Shown piece after piece: positions 10,803-22,405 of a DNA stretch of 64,000 bases (positions are counted from its first letter, which is position 1; each line of letters starts with the position of its first letter). Both the position numbers and the translations under genes were made by a program. This DNA comes from an uncultured delta proteobacterium. Its GTDB lineage: Bacteria; Desulfobacterota; Desulfobacteria; Desulfobacterales; B30-G6. Below the pieces are notes generated by a model that was not told the origin of the DNA, did no database searches, and saw only the letters and a program-made list of their open reading frames with translations. The stretch lies in contig CAWGLD010000001.1 in NCBI GenBank assembly GCA_963823335.1, positions 768,001 to 832,000 on the forward strand, read 5' to 3'.

Positions 10803-11711
10803 ATGCACACAAAACATAAAAAAGAAAACCCTTCTTCTTTACAGCTATCCCTGCTTGTGGACACCACCGACCCCTATAAGGTCCTGGAAGAAGTTAAAAT
10901 CATTTTTCTGAAGATGTTCAACACTGAAGATGTTACACTTCTGTCCGCTGTCTTTGAAGATGTTGTTGCCTTGTTTTCCGGAACATTTCAAGGGTTTAAA
11001 CCCTCTGACACACCCTATCACAACCTCAGGCATACCACGGATGTCTTTCTTGCCATGGCACGGCTCATTCACGGCGCCCATATTGAGGGCGTGGTTTTAA
11101 GTGCGATGGATGCCAGTATGGGACTGGCCGCCGCACTCATGCACGACGTCGGTTATATTCAAAAATATTCGGAGAATTACGACAGCAGTGCCAAACTGGC
11201 ACCGGCGCATGTAGACCGCAGCATCGAATTCATGGCTCACCTCCTGACACACAAAGGTTATCCACAAGACAGCATCCTGCAGTGTGAACAAGCCATTTTG
11301 TGCACCGATTTAGAGAGACCCCTTACCACCATACCCTTTACGTCACCATCCGGTGAACTGATCGGGAAAATGCTGGCATCTGCCGACCTGCTGGCACAAA
11401 CATCCGACAGGACATATCTTGAAAAACTGCCGCTTTTGTATCGTGAATTCAAAGAAGCCGGTACTGGAAATTATGACTGCGAACTCGATCTCATCGAAGA
11501 CGCGACCCAGTTTAATCGCCGGATGAACGAGCGTCTAACCACTCAGTTGGACCGTGTAAACCGTTTTTATCAGAATCATTTCAGGATTCGCTGGAATATC
11601 GATGCGGATCTTTACCAGGTTGCCATCGAGCGGGCCATGACCTACCTTGCCCACATGTTGGAATCCGATGCCGAAAGTTATAAGTCCCATCTCAGACGAG
11701 CCCTAACCTGA
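10803..11711 (+). CDS. HD-domain metal-dependent phosphohydrolase
   Basis: PYHNLRHT, ALMHDVGY, HVDRS, ADLL motifs. Confidence 0.85.
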   Translation: MHTKHKKENPSSLQLSLLVDTTDPYKVLEEVKIIFLKMFNTEDVTLLSAVFEDVVALFSGTFQGFKPSDTPYHNLRHTTDVFLAMARLIHGAHIEGVVLSAMDASMGLAAALMHDVGYIQKYSENYDSSAKLAPAHVDRSIEFMAHLLTHKGYPQDSILQCEQAILCTDLERPLTTIPFTSPSGELIGKMLASADLLAQTSDRTYLEKLPLLYREFKEAGTGNYDCELDLIEDATQFNRRMNERLTTQLDRVNRFYQNHFRIRWNIDADLYQVAIERAMTYLAHMLESDAESYKSHLRRALT

Positions 11712-11948
11712 ACATTTATGTTCGTGATATATTCGGGGTTAGAGATACCGGGTTAATATTTTCCGCTGAGCTTTTATTTTTTCGGACAATTTATATGAAA
11801 ATAGTTTAAAATCTTTCATCCCTGCGCCGGCGGGGTCACGGAATCAAGCTTTGGCTTTCCAGAAAATCACCGGATTCGGATCACTCCGGAATGGACTGGT
11901 TTGATTATTGGTCAACCGGCTAACAAGTGTGGGGATTTATTTACTAAA

Positions 11949-12095
11949 TAGTGTCCGTCCAGAAATGAGGATTTTTGCGTGAGATCAAGGCGGACGACAG
12001 ATTTAACCCGGAGTAATAGCGTGCTATTTTGAGGAGTTAAATCCTGGCGCCCAACGCCGATATCGCGGAAAAAGACCATTTGTGGATGGGCACTA
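11949..12095. mobile_element. ~147 bp TA-bounded MITE-like element, copy A
   Basis: Imperfect TIR TAGTGTCCGTCCAGAAAT / ATTTGTGGATGGGCACTA; internal GATCAAGGCGG...TATTTTGAGGAGTT...AAAAGAC shared with 32017-32162. Confidence 0.7.
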
Positions 12096-14238
12096 AGTGG
12101 ATACACCCAGCACAATGATGGTCAAGTCATCATGCTGGGCCACGTTGCCTGCGAAGGCGTTGACGCTATCGACGATTTGATTGAGAAGCGATTCCGGATC
12201 CATATCGCCTGCATGCTGCATGATCTCCATCAACCGCTCGAACCCGAACATCTCTTCTTTGGCATTCATGGCCTCAACAATGCCGTCCGTGTAAAATATA
12301 ATTTTGTCCCCCGGCTGGAATTGAATATTTGTTTCCTGATAATCCGCATCGTCCAGAATTCCCAGGGGAAAGCTGTCACCTTCCGTCTCCACCAGGATGG
12401 CTTCACCGGTTTCTGCCACGTAATGGACCGGCTGGGTCTGCCCGGCACTGCACAGCGTCAGGATCTTCTTTTTGATATCCAAACTGGCAAACAGGAGGGC
12501 CACAAACATACCGCTTCGGATGTCCTTTTTCAAGCGCTTGTTGGCCTGGATCATGATGTTGCTCACTGACAGATCCTGTTCCGAGAGCATGCGGAATACA
12601 CTTCTCGAAGCCGACATCACCAGGGCGCCGGTCACGCTTTTTCCGGTGACGTCGCCGATGACCAGCCCCAGCTTGTCCTCGCCGGCTCTCGATGAAATCA
12701 AAGAAGTCGCCGCCCACTTCCCGGGCCTGCGTCGATTTGGCCGCAATCTGATATCCCTCGATTTCAGGGCACTCGCCCGGCATCATGCTCTCCTGAAGGC
12801 CGCCGGCGCTGGTGAGGTCCTCCTCCATGCGCTGCTTGACCAGAAACTCCTTGAAGAGCCAGGCGTACTTGATGCCCGTCGAACCCAGAAAGGCCAGGGG
12901 CGCCTGCAGCACCAGGGGAATGATGATGGGATACCACAGGTGAAAAAATTTGAACTGCAAAACGGAACTGATGAAATACAGAACACTCAACCCGACAACC
13001 CAGGAAGCGCTGACCAACACCGGGTACAGGCGGCAGACAATCCCCAGACCGGTTCCCCACAGGAGAATAAACACAACATAAACCCACGTGTTGATGGGCC
13101 GGACAGGTTTGTTTTCGATGATATTTGCAAATGCTGTGGCTGCGATCTCCACCCCGCTGATAAAAACACCGTTGGCCTGGGAATAGACGGTGTAGAAGCT
13201 GTCTTTTCTCTCCGCCAGCAGCACCTCGGAAAGACCCACGAACACGGCTTTGCCTGTCAGGTCGATATCGGGAGCACCCTGGCTGTCCTGGCCCAGTTGA
13301 AGGGCCCGGTGGTAGGGGATGGTGGTGATGGTGCGCGGGGGACCGTAATAGTTGATATATTGGCGGTTGTCGCCGCCGTACATTTGAATCAGCGATTGGA
13401 TCATGCCACTCTTTTTTTCATCGGACGCAAGAATGGTGGATTGCGCCAGGGCTGTCATCATTCGTTTTTCGACCTGGGGCTCGGTTTGGAAAATTCCCCT
13501 GATATTGCTGATCAGCCGCTTCACCCCATTGTTTTTCATAACGGCCCCGATATCCCCAGGCAGTTTGGGAGCCCACTCCGGGCTTGCCTTTTTAAGCAGG
13601 TCAAGAAAGGATTCATAGGCTGAAGCGGTATAAAGCTGAAACACCACCACCGGCAGGGTGGGCGAATCGCCGGCGCCGGTCTTGAAAGCCCAGTACTGGT
13701 TGACCTTGAAGGGGATTCTGGGCAGGGCAAAGGGGGCGGTTTCAACACAGGCATCGGCAAAAAGCGCCAGGGGTTTGACCCGTTTTTCAATACTGTGAAC
13801 CGCTGAAGGTTTGCCACTCTTATCGGAGAGGGGGATCTCTTTGGCGATCATGGGCTCGCAGAGGACCACGTTGCCGGCTGTGGCCAGTGCATCGGCAAAC
13901 AGGTTGTCATCCTCGGGGACCCGTGGCTCGATAAAGTGAACGTCAAAGGCCACTACCTCCGCACCGGCATCGGCCAATATCGGTGCCAAACGAGCGTGAA
14001 TGGAGCGGGGCCACTTGTCGGGGTTGTTTGGCAAGCCCAGTTCGTCCGAAGACTCCTTGTCAATGCTGACCACCACCACGTCGGGCGGGGCTTTCCGCTG
14101 ACCCCGCAGCTTGAACAGCAAGCCAAGCCCCGAATTTTCGTCGAGCCTGGAAATTGTCTGGGAAAACCCGCCCAGCAGTCCCAATATTCCGATGAGCAGA
14201 CCAAAGAGAATCGCTTTCACCAGACGGCGGGATGGCAT
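12093..14238 (-). CDS. CHASE2 sensor, transmembrane helices and SpoIIE/PP2C-type phosphatase; split by one frameshift near 12690
   Basis: CHASE2 motifs (VVVVSID, WPRSIHA, VAFDVHF, SGVEIAA); PP2C motif GGDFFDF continues in the next frame as LVIGDVTGK...YTDGIVEA...HDDLT. Confidence 0.85.
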
Positions 14239-14351
14239 CTACTTCCTCCGGAGCAGTCGTCGTTATCAACATCAAGTTTTATTTGCGTATGAATTAAGTA
14301 TAGAATGAAGGGTCTTTAGGTGTCAACATCCCAATGCCATTAACTTAATGA

Positions 14352-14414
14352 TGTAGCGCAGAGCTTTAGCTCTGCTCATGCCAAGTCTTGGCATGTCTAA
14401 AGACCTGCGCTACA
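14352..14414. repeat. GTAG-type REP doublet, copy 2, next to the Y1 transposase
   Basis: TGTAGCGCAGAGCTTTAGCTCTGC...GCATGTCTAAAGACCTGCGCTACA. Confidence 0.8.
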
Positions 14415-14438
14415 ATATATAAACCAGTTTACTAATAC

Positions 14439-15516
14439 GGGACGTTCGTGCAGAACATTCACAACTCTAAATCGATGTCATCGATATCCGGCATTGGTCC
14501 TGCCGATATCAAGCGTGTCACACAAGAGTTGCCAACACCAAGATATCTCGCAACATCAGCACCGGAATAGCCGAGTTCTCTGACACCAATCCATGACATG
14601 GCACGCCTGGCTTGCACAACTGCCCTTCTTCGGCCTCCTGACCGAAGTTCACCAATAGAAACATTGTACTTTTCAGCCACTTTTTCGGCAAGCGCTTTCA
14701 TATCTATGCGCTGCCCGGAAAGCCTTAAGTTCTTTTTTACAAGATCATCGAGACCCGATATGACCTGTTTGACAAAATCTCCATCACCCAGTATGCGCTG
14801 GTCAGCCACCTCTTTTGCACCACGCCTGCGCATAGCGAGAACCGCAGACCAGCCGCCCATGCTCCGTATTAACCCTCCGCCCACCAATTCCGGCCTGCGG
14901 CCTTGATCAACACCTTCTTTTACGTATTGCAGATAATTCTTTCTCGAATTGCCGGATCTATTGAAAAAAGACAGCACATACTCCGTGTTCTGCCACTTCC
15001 TCTTAATTTTACCCGTAAGTGCTGAGTGACCCGACCAGGGATTTCGATTCAGCGCCTTCATATCTTTCACAAGACCCGCCCGCAAAAGATTCAGGTGAAT
15101 ATATCGAACCAGCTCCTTGAGATAAACATCCTCCTGGCAAACAATGGATTTGTAGCGGTTTTGAAATAAATGCCCGTATCTCTTATGACGCCTGTTAAAA
15201 TTTACGACATAGCCGGTAAGCAATCTGCGCATGCTATCGGCCAACGGTAAATTTTTTGTCTTACAAAGCAGATGAAAATGATTCGGCATCAACACCCAGG
15301 CATAGATTTCCATCGCTCCATCTATCGCCAGTGATGCCAGGCGGTCTATGAAATCATTGCGATCCATATCGCTATAAAATATTTTTTTTCGCTCGATGCC
15401 CCGGCCCATTACATGGTGCAACACGCCTGGCGCATCCAATCTTGCTAATCTCGGCATATTATGATATGTCCCATATTGAACATCATTCTTCAAGCACTTT
15501 CTGCACGAACGTCCCC
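14439..15516 (-). mobile_element. TIR-flanked HUH/Y1 tyrosine transposase element (RAYT/TIRYT-like)
   Basis: Inverted repeats GGGACGTTCGTGCAGAA (14439-14455) and TTCTGCACGAACGTCCCC (15499-15516) tightly enclose the transposase gene. Confidence 0.8.
14459..15457 (-). CDS. Y1 (IS200-like/REP-associated) tyrosine transposase with C-terminal DnaA-like HTH
   Basis: MPRLARLDAPGVLHHVMGRG start, MPNHFHLL HUH motif, GHLFQNRYKS, RYIHLN catalytic Tyr, C-terminal helical HTH region. Confidence 0.9.
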   Translation of the reverse strand: MPRLARLDAPGVLHHVMGRGIERKKIFYSDMDRNDFIDRLASLAIDGAMEIYAWVLMPNHFHLLCKTKNLPLADSMRRLLTGYVVNFNRRHKRYGHLFQNRYKSIVCQEDVYLKELVRYIHLNLLRAGLVKDMKALNRNPWSGHSALTGKIKRKWQNTEYVLSFFNRSGNSRKNYLQYVKEGVDQGRRPELVGGGLIRSMGGWSAVLAMRRRGAKEVADQRILGDGDFVKQVISGLDDLVKKNLRLSGQRIDMKALAEKVAEKYNVSIGELRSGGRRRAVVQARRAMSWIGVRELGYSGADVARYLGVGNSCVTRLISAGPMPDIDDIDLEL

Positions 15517-16611
15517 TTTTGAATCTTTGACTCTGGAAAGCAGGTGAATGTTCGGCATCAACACCCAGGCATAGATTTCCATCGCTCCATCTATAGCCAG
15601 TGATGCCAAGCGGTCTATGAAATCATTGCGATCCATATCGTTATAAAATATTTTTTTTCGCTCGATGCCCCGGCCCATTACATGGTGCAATACGCCAGGC
15701 ACATCCAATCTTGCTAATCTCGGCATAGTATGTATGTCCCATATTGAACATCATTCTTCAAGCACTTTCTGCACGAACGTCCCCTTATACTTCAATCTTG
15801 CTAATCTCGGCATATTAGGTATGTCTCATATCAAACATCATTCTTAAAGCACTTTCTGCACGAACGTCCCCTTTTACGGTGAGCAATCTGCGCATGATAG
15901 CGGCCAAAGGTAACATTTTTGTCTTGCAAAGCAGATGAAAATGATTCGGCATCAACACCCAGGCATAGATTTCCATCGCGCCTTCTATAGCCAATGATGA
16001 CAGACGGTCTATAAAATCATTGCGATCGTTATCGCTATAGAATATTTTTTTTCGCTCGATGCCCCGACCCATTACATGGTGCAACACGCCCGGCGCATCC
16101 AATCTCGCTAATCTCGGCATATTATGAGTGTCCCATATTGAGCATCAACCGTCAAGCACGTTCTGCACGAACGTCCCCTTAAACCTGACGCCAGGCGCAT
16201 CCAATCTCGCTAATCTCGGCATATCATGTAGTTCTCATTCTAAATATCGACCGTCAAGCACGTTTTGCACGAACGTCCCCTTCTTTTCCCATTACATGGT
16301 GCAACACGCCAGGCGCATCCAATCTTGCTAATCTCGGCATAGTATGGTTGTTTCATTTTGAATATCATTCGTCAAGCACGTTCTGCACGAACGTCCCCTT
16401 TTTTTCACACCGCGCCTTCTATGGCCAGTGATGCCAGGCGATCTATGAAATCACTGCGATCCATATCGCTGTAAAATATTTTTTTTGCTCGATGCCCCGG
16501 CCCATTACATGGTGCAAAACGCCTGGCGCATCCAATCTGGCTAATCTCGGCATATCATGTAGGTCTCATTCTAAATATCAACCGTCAAGCACGTTCTGCA
16601 CGAACGTCCCC
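15517..16611 (-). repeat. Tandem array of six truncated 5' ends of the adjacent transposase element
   Basis: GCACGAACGTCCCC recurs ending at 15784, 15871, 16178, 16280, 16398 and 16611; on the minus strand each is followed after ~58 nt by ATGCCGAGATTAGC and a variable length of transposase coding sequence. Confidence 0.9.
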
Positions 16612-16711
16612 TTCTACACGTCCTCTTTTAATTATAGAATGTCCCCTTTAGTGGCATAAGGAGGTAGTAATCTCCTCTTTTATTTCGCCTCCTTTAATTT
16701 CTAAAAAAATA

Positions 16712-16744
16712 CACAGGTAGGACCGGGAACGAGCCCTACCTGTG
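16712..16744 (-). terminator. Hairpin, probable terminator after the secreted-protein gene
   Basis: CACAGGTAGG...CCTACCTGTG with a T-rich tail on the minus strand. Confidence 0.5.
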
Positions 16745-16754
16745 CGGCCTCCCA

Positions 16755-17378
16755 TTAATACGGCGCTGTAATTTCGCAGAATGTGTCGGGAGTTTTTTTA
16801 TACCATCCACATTCTTGTTCAGTTTCGCAATCGTATGCGGTCCCATAGTTATCAAGTGTACAAGGTCCACCTATAACGGCCGTTCTATCATTTACCTCAT
16901 TGTCATCATCCATCTCAGAGAATCCTTCTATCAGTACATACATCTCAACAACGGTAATATCTAACATCGTCCACCCTGGATTTGGAGGGTCACCAATATC
17001 AGGTCCTATGAAACTTTTAAGGTATTCTTCATCAAAACAAATTTCCATCATGTATTTCCCATTTTTTGTAATAGGATCACTTAGCGGCTCTCCCTCCAAT
17101 GTAGCTGTAACATCGACATAAAAGGGTACTCCTATTCCTCCGGGTTGACCACCAGGATTTTGATAATGTACCAGCACTTTATCAATATAAAGTGTAACGG
17201 TCACATCTGTAGGCGTTACGTCATAGTTTGCAACCTGTTTCCATTCTGTCCAAACGCATACCGAACCTGGCCAAGCACCCCATCCTCCTATTATAGCGGG
17301 GTATGCATTTGCGTTTGTCCCAAGTAGTGTTAAAAGGCTAATGCACAGTATAACCATCATCAAAAATTTTTTAAACAT
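16755..17378 (-). CDS. Hypothetical secreted protein, Cys-containing C-terminus
   Basis: RBS AGGAGG before MFKKFL; signal peptide ending ANA; no recognised domain; AT-rich. Confidence 0.7.
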   Translation of the reverse strand: MFKKFLMMVILCISLLTLLGTNANAYPAIIGGWGAWPGSVCVWTEWKQVANYDVTPTDVTVTLYIDKVLVHYQNPGGQPGGIGVPFYVDVTATLEGEPLSDPITKNGKYMMEICFDEEYLKSFIGPDIGDPPNPGWTMLDITVVEMYVLIEGFSEMDDDNEVNDRTAVIGGPCTLDNYGTAYDCETEQECGWYKKTPDTFCEITAPY

Positions 17379-17535
17379 GGCTTCCTCCTTTTTTGTTTGA
17401 ATATTTATTACCCACATTTTAATCCACCGTAGCTTGTGGCAGGTAGCTTCAATCCTTCAATTTTTTCCTCCGGCAACTCAATCTTTACCGCTATTTGCTA
17501 TATACCTTGTATGACACTATTTGAATTTATGAGTT

Positions 17536-20500
17536 TCAGGGAAGCGCCAACGTAATCTTACCAAAAATGGTCCTTTCAGGCTGGATTCTGGGATTGTCAA
17601 CATCTGTTTCAGCATAGTTGAATCCTTTGTCAAACAAATTGGTAACCCCTATTTTCAGGAAACCATAGCGCTTCGGTAAGCGGTAACTGACGGCGGCATC
17701 CGTCACCCAAAAAGTATCATTGCCCTTTTCAAACTCAAGTGTCTCTTTTCTTACAAACTCACCATCTTGATCATAATAGGTTGTTGTCAGCCCAACACTC
17801 AATCCGGATGGGTGGAAAAAGTTAACCCCTAACGGGACAGAATGCGTTTCCACATCCCTTATACCTTGGCTGTATTTATCCGTCCTATCAAATTTCTCAT
17901 ACATATATTCCGCATGGAGTGCCAACCACTGGTGAGGGGTCCAGTAAGCATAAGCACGGCCCACATATTCTTCCCAGTCAGTCTCCAAGAACTTAAAAGG
18001 ATCATCCGGTGACTTTTGTCCAAAATAAGGCGTTTCCAGGTCCCTGTAGAAAAATTCCACTCCCCCGTATATACTTTTAGAGAATTTCTGATCCGCAGCT
18101 GCGCCATAGACCCATGCCTTCGTTGCATTGATATCATCAAAAAATTGATTGAAACCAGCTACTTGTGTTGGTTCAAGTGTTTGGTCTGTAATCAGTGTTC
18201 TTTTCAGAACTCTGAATACAGCACCACGGATTGTTGTCTTTGACAGGATTCCAGATGACCCCAAATTTGGGGTTGAATTGATCTTCATCTAATCCGTTGT
18301 TATATCGCTTTCACTGTCGAAGAAGTCACCACTTGCTCCAATGGTAAGAGTCAAATTTTCTATGGGCTTGTAATTGGAATAAAGATAGACGTTGGTGTGA
18401 TCCACATTCTCGTCAATTTTTTCAGGAAAAGAACCAATAAAAACAGGTGGTTCTACAATAGGAAAAGAAAGATCCTCTCTAAGTATCAAGATCCTACGAT
18501 CTATAGCGAAATATCCACCACCGATAATGATATTTACGTATTTCGAGCGGAAAAGGTACTGCAACTCGCCACTGTACGTCCTCATCATCACTATAGGAAA
18601 AATCTTTCAAAAGCGGAGGCGGCGGTGGGCCTCTATGATTTGTGGGTCAAAAAGAAACAGGTTTATGAGTCCCATCCTTCATTGTACATAAAATTTCCAA
18701 TGAAATTAGACTCCGGTGAAAAGGAATGACGAAATCCAATTCGAAATGATTTATTCTATCCTCGTTGTAATAATCTTGTGAGGCAATATTGTCATCAGAA
18801 AAGAAGCTCAAGATCACCTCTTTCGGTATCTCTGTACCTGTATTCACCCTGAATGCTGGTTTTGTAGGTAAGTTCTACTGCGCAAATACATTGCGCAATC
18901 TTGTCTTCCTGGTCAGTGTTTTTTCGCCACCCGTCTGTTTCAAAATGGGTGTAACCGGCACTCATAGACAATTTACCATAGATGCCGGAAACAATGCCCT
19001 CGCCGCCCCATGTGTCGTCTTCACCGACCATGCCGCTGGCCTGCAGGGCAATCCGGTCCCGGTTGAACATCGGGTTGAACTCGTTAAAGGATGAGGCCGC
19101 CCTCTGGAGCTGATGAGAAATAGGTTGCTTTCCGCCAAGCTCGGCTGGATCGGCGTCATGTTGCTGGGCTGCAGCAGTTGGGATTGCAGCAGTTCGCTGA
19201 CCCGGGCGATCTCGTGACGGGGCAGGGCCGAATAGGAGTCGGACAGAAACCGGTGGGCAGAATGGTTGCTGGGATCGGTGTTGACCGAGTTGTAGCCTTC
19301 CACCAGGCCACGCTGCTGAAACCCCAGGTCGCTGTAAATTCTGGCCAGACTGGCACTGCGTGCGGCCAGGTCTGAATCGAGCAGCAGTTTTGATCGGTAG
19401 ACCGCCCGGTTGTCGTTGAGCTCAATGGCTTTCTGCAGGTCCTGCAGGGCCTCCACCGGCCGGTTGAGGGTCTGCTTGCGAATGGCATCGTAAAACCAGG
19501 GCGTGGGGTCGTTGGGGTCCAGTTCCTTGGCGGCGGCATATTCGCGCCCGTCCAGCTTGTCGTTCTTTTCTTCAAAGTAGGCCTTGCCCAGATAACTGCG
19601 GATCATGGAATTGTTGGGGTCGAGACCGGCGGCGATTTCCAGGTCTCTGCGGCCTTCCGCCAGATCACCATCCCGGATCTTTGCCAGGCCCTGCCCCATG
19701 CGCGGGAGCGGATCCGCCTGGTCGAGCTCTATGGCCTTTTCAAAGGCTTTTTTGGCCTCTGTTGTCTTGACCTGGGTCAGGTAGGCATAACCCAGCACGG
19801 TTTGCGTTCTGGACAAATTCGGGTCCAGGGCCGCCGCTTTTTCGGCCGCATCCAGGGCTTTGTCCAGCGCACCGAAGGACATGTGGATTTCCGCCAGTCT
19901 GGCCCAGGCCAGGGCATTGTCCGGCGTCTGCTTCACCGCTTCCTCGAGGGTGGTCCTGGCGCCTTCGAGATCGAACTCCGCCTGCTGGGCATAGGAGAGG
20001 GCCACCTGGGCGGTGGCGGATTCCGGGTCGGCCTCTACGGCCTTCTGGGCCAGGGTGAGTCCTTTGGCCTTGTCGTTGTGCACCAGGGCGATGATGGACT
20101 GCAGGGCCATGGCATCACTGTTGTTCGGATCTATACGCAGGATTCGGTCTATATCGCTGCTGGCTTCATCCACACGGCCCACCGCGAGTCGGGAGGAAGC
20201 CCGGGCTGCCAGATAGCCCGTGTCGAATGAATCGCTGGCCGTTATTTTTTCCGGCGACACACCTAAAACCGGTGGATAATACAAGGCCCACCGGACCGCA
20301 TCCCTTGGACTGGCAACAACACGCGCCACAGGCGCCTGCCCGGCTTTGGCGGCGGCCGAATGCCCGCTGCCTATGCCCAGGCTTCCGGCGTCGTTGAATG
20401 CGAGAACCCTTCCCTCAAACACGGAAATAAAGGTTTCATCGCTTCCCACCCTGACGAAGAACTCCGTCCCTTCAACACCTGCGTTTACAAAGGCCGTGTT

Positions 20501-20887
20501 CACCAAAATACTTCGCGGGGCCCGGCTGAAAAAATGGGCTGCGCCTTGGATCAGCTCGACGAGAAAGGTTCGCTCTTCTTGGACGCCACCGAGGGTGATC
20601 GTGCTGTTCTGGTCTAGACGGAGGATGGGCTGATTAACGAGGGACAGCTCTGCCCTGCTGTTTTCCAGCACCCGGATGGTGTCACCCGCACAAAAGGTGC
20701 TGTTTAAAGTGACCGGCATCCACAGCGGTTCATCCGACCTTTTGGATTCGACATCTCCTTCCACCGAAACCGCTTTTGCCACCCACTGCTCACAGGTTTC
20801 TGCAAAGGAAACACTGGCCATTAGGAATACGACCAAAAAGCCAATGCACATTTCATTAAACCCAATAAATTGCCATGGTCTCTTCAT
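17536..20887 (-). pseudogene. FecR, TPR repeats and TonB-dependent-receptor-like beta-barrel protein; several frameshifts between ~18280 and 19110 (real or sequencing)
   Basis: FecR region (GDTIRVLENSRA...GVEGTEF), many TPRs, LLLDSDLAARSASLARIY; barrel fragments in successive frames ending GVTNLFD...RTIFGKITLALP. Confidence 0.75.
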
Positions 20888-21063
20888 CGCCTACCTCCGA
20901 CTTCGTTTTATTGTAATGAACAGACAATACACCAGCCACAGGTATTCATGATGAACTACCCGGGACAGGTATCCTGAACACTACCCATTCAATATGTAAA
21001 ATCAGTTAGGTCTTTGATCAGAAACTAAAGGAACAAATTATATAAACTCTTTTGCTTCAGCGT

Positions 21064-21114
21064 TTGAAGATCCTCGCAGCTAGCTACGGGGAATGTGCTC
21101 GCTTTTTCGGTTCA
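21064..21114 (+). repeat. TTGAAG...CGGTTCA modular repeat, copy 1 (minimal form)
   Basis: Matches copies at 21962, 25207, 41007, 41690 and 42442 (last one inverted). Confidence 0.75.
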
Positions 21115-21280
21115 AAAGAGAATATTAGTCGGTACCATCTTGAGACGTGTTGCCATATATAGCGGATCTTTAATTCGTTTTAAAATTAACTTAAAACGGG
21201 ACGCAAAATTCATACACAGCTTGACTTTTTCAGCAATTCATTTCTTGTGCATTATCAGCAAGCACGTTATTTCATAAAGG

Positions 21281-21802
21281 TTATAATATTTTCTCCAGCT
21301 CTTCCCTTGAATGAACCAGGGTTTTGTCAAATTCCTGCCAGAATGGACGGTCTTTTTCCCGCCATCCTTTTCCAAATGTTTGGTCGAAATCCGGTTTCAA
21401 TCGCGAGAACCAGTTTTCTTTTTTCTTTTTTTCAATCGCCGGTGCATCGATCAACTCCACAAGAAAGGATTCGATATCGATCATGCGGTCTTTGGGGAGA
21501 TAGGCCCGGGCCCCTTTGTTGATGGACACGATCAGGTTTTCCGGTGAGAGGGCGTGGGCGGTGAGCATCAGGGCAGGGATGTTTTTCCGGTTGGCGATCT
21601 CCAGGAGCTTGTACCCGTCGACACCCATGATGTCGAACACGGCGGCATCATAACTGTTTTTTGACAGGTGTTTTTCAGCGGATTCAAAGGTAGTGGCTGT
21701 GTCGATGCGGCACATGTCCAGAATGTCTGCCAGGGTTTCCAGGACATCCGTTTCATCATCCACGACCAGGAGCCTTTTTCCGTCCAATACGTTTTTGCTC
21801 AT
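21281..21802 (-). CDS. Response regulator receiver protein
   Basis: LLVVDDE, FDIMGVDG, MLTAHA, YLPK. Confidence 0.9.
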   Translation of the reverse strand: MSKNVLDGKRLLVVDDETDVLETLADILDMCRIDTATTFESAEKHLSKNSYDAAVFDIMGVDGYKLLEIANRKNIPALMLTAHALSPENLIVSINKGARAYLPKDRMIDIESFLVELIDAPAIEKKKKENWFSRLKPDFDQTFGKGWREKDRPFWQEFDKTLVHSREELEKIL

Positions 21803-21961
21803 GCTACTCTCCTGTTTAACGCCACTATAAACCTATTGCCATATCGACAAAGTGACAAGCCCCAATTTTTACCCATAAATACCGTATGGTATCTGGGTGT
21901 TTTACAGATTAAAGGAATGTTGTCTTTTTTGGTGGGACACTATCTGATGGAACGCCAGTGA

Positions 21962-22014
21962 TTGAAGACCCTCGCACCAAGCTACGGTGAATGCGCTCGC
22001 TTTTTTTCGGTTCA
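21962..22014 (+). repeat. TTGAAG...CGGTTCA modular repeat, copy 2
   Basis: TTGAAGACCCTCGCACCAAGCTACGGTGAATGCGCTCGCTTTTTTTCGGTTCA. Confidence 0.75.
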
Positions 22015-22047
22015 GCACGTGAAAACAGCAGCAGATTTCTGGATGGA

Positions 22048-22398
22048 TCATTTGGACATAGCAGCGATGGCGCTTTCAACATCATTGTGAATATTGGCAA
22101 ATTTGGTGATGCCCACCATGTTGAATATTTTTTTAAAATGCTCGGACAGACCCGTAATGCTGATCTGTTGATTGTTCTTTTTGGTTTGAGCTAGAATCTG
22201 GATCAGGACGGCAATGCCGCCGCTGTTGATATAGGCGCCTTCTTCAAGATTGAGTAATATTTTTTCGGTTCCCTGGTCATTGGCATCTTTGTAGGCTTGA
22301 TTGAGAAACGGCTCGGAAAAGGAAGTGACATCTCCCTGTATCTTCAAAATGACAACCGACCCGTATTTTTCGAGTACTATTTCATTCTTGTTTTGCAT
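22048..22398 (-). CDS. STAS-domain anti-sigma factor antagonist
   Basis: YINSGGIAVL motif, KIFNMVGI. Confidence 0.85.
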   Translation of the reverse strand: MQNKNEIVLEKYGSVVILKIQGDVTSFSEPFLNQAYKDANDQGTEKILLNLEEGAYINSGGIAVLIQILAQTKKNNQQISITGLSEHFKKIFNMVGITKFANIHNDVESAIAAMSK

Positions 22399-22405
22399 AT
22401 TCAGC

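Noticed and set aside
15499-16611. CRISPR array
   Set aside because: Unit lengths vary from 87 to 307 bp, the intervening DNA is homologous transposase sequence rather than unique spacers, and no cas genes are in the window.
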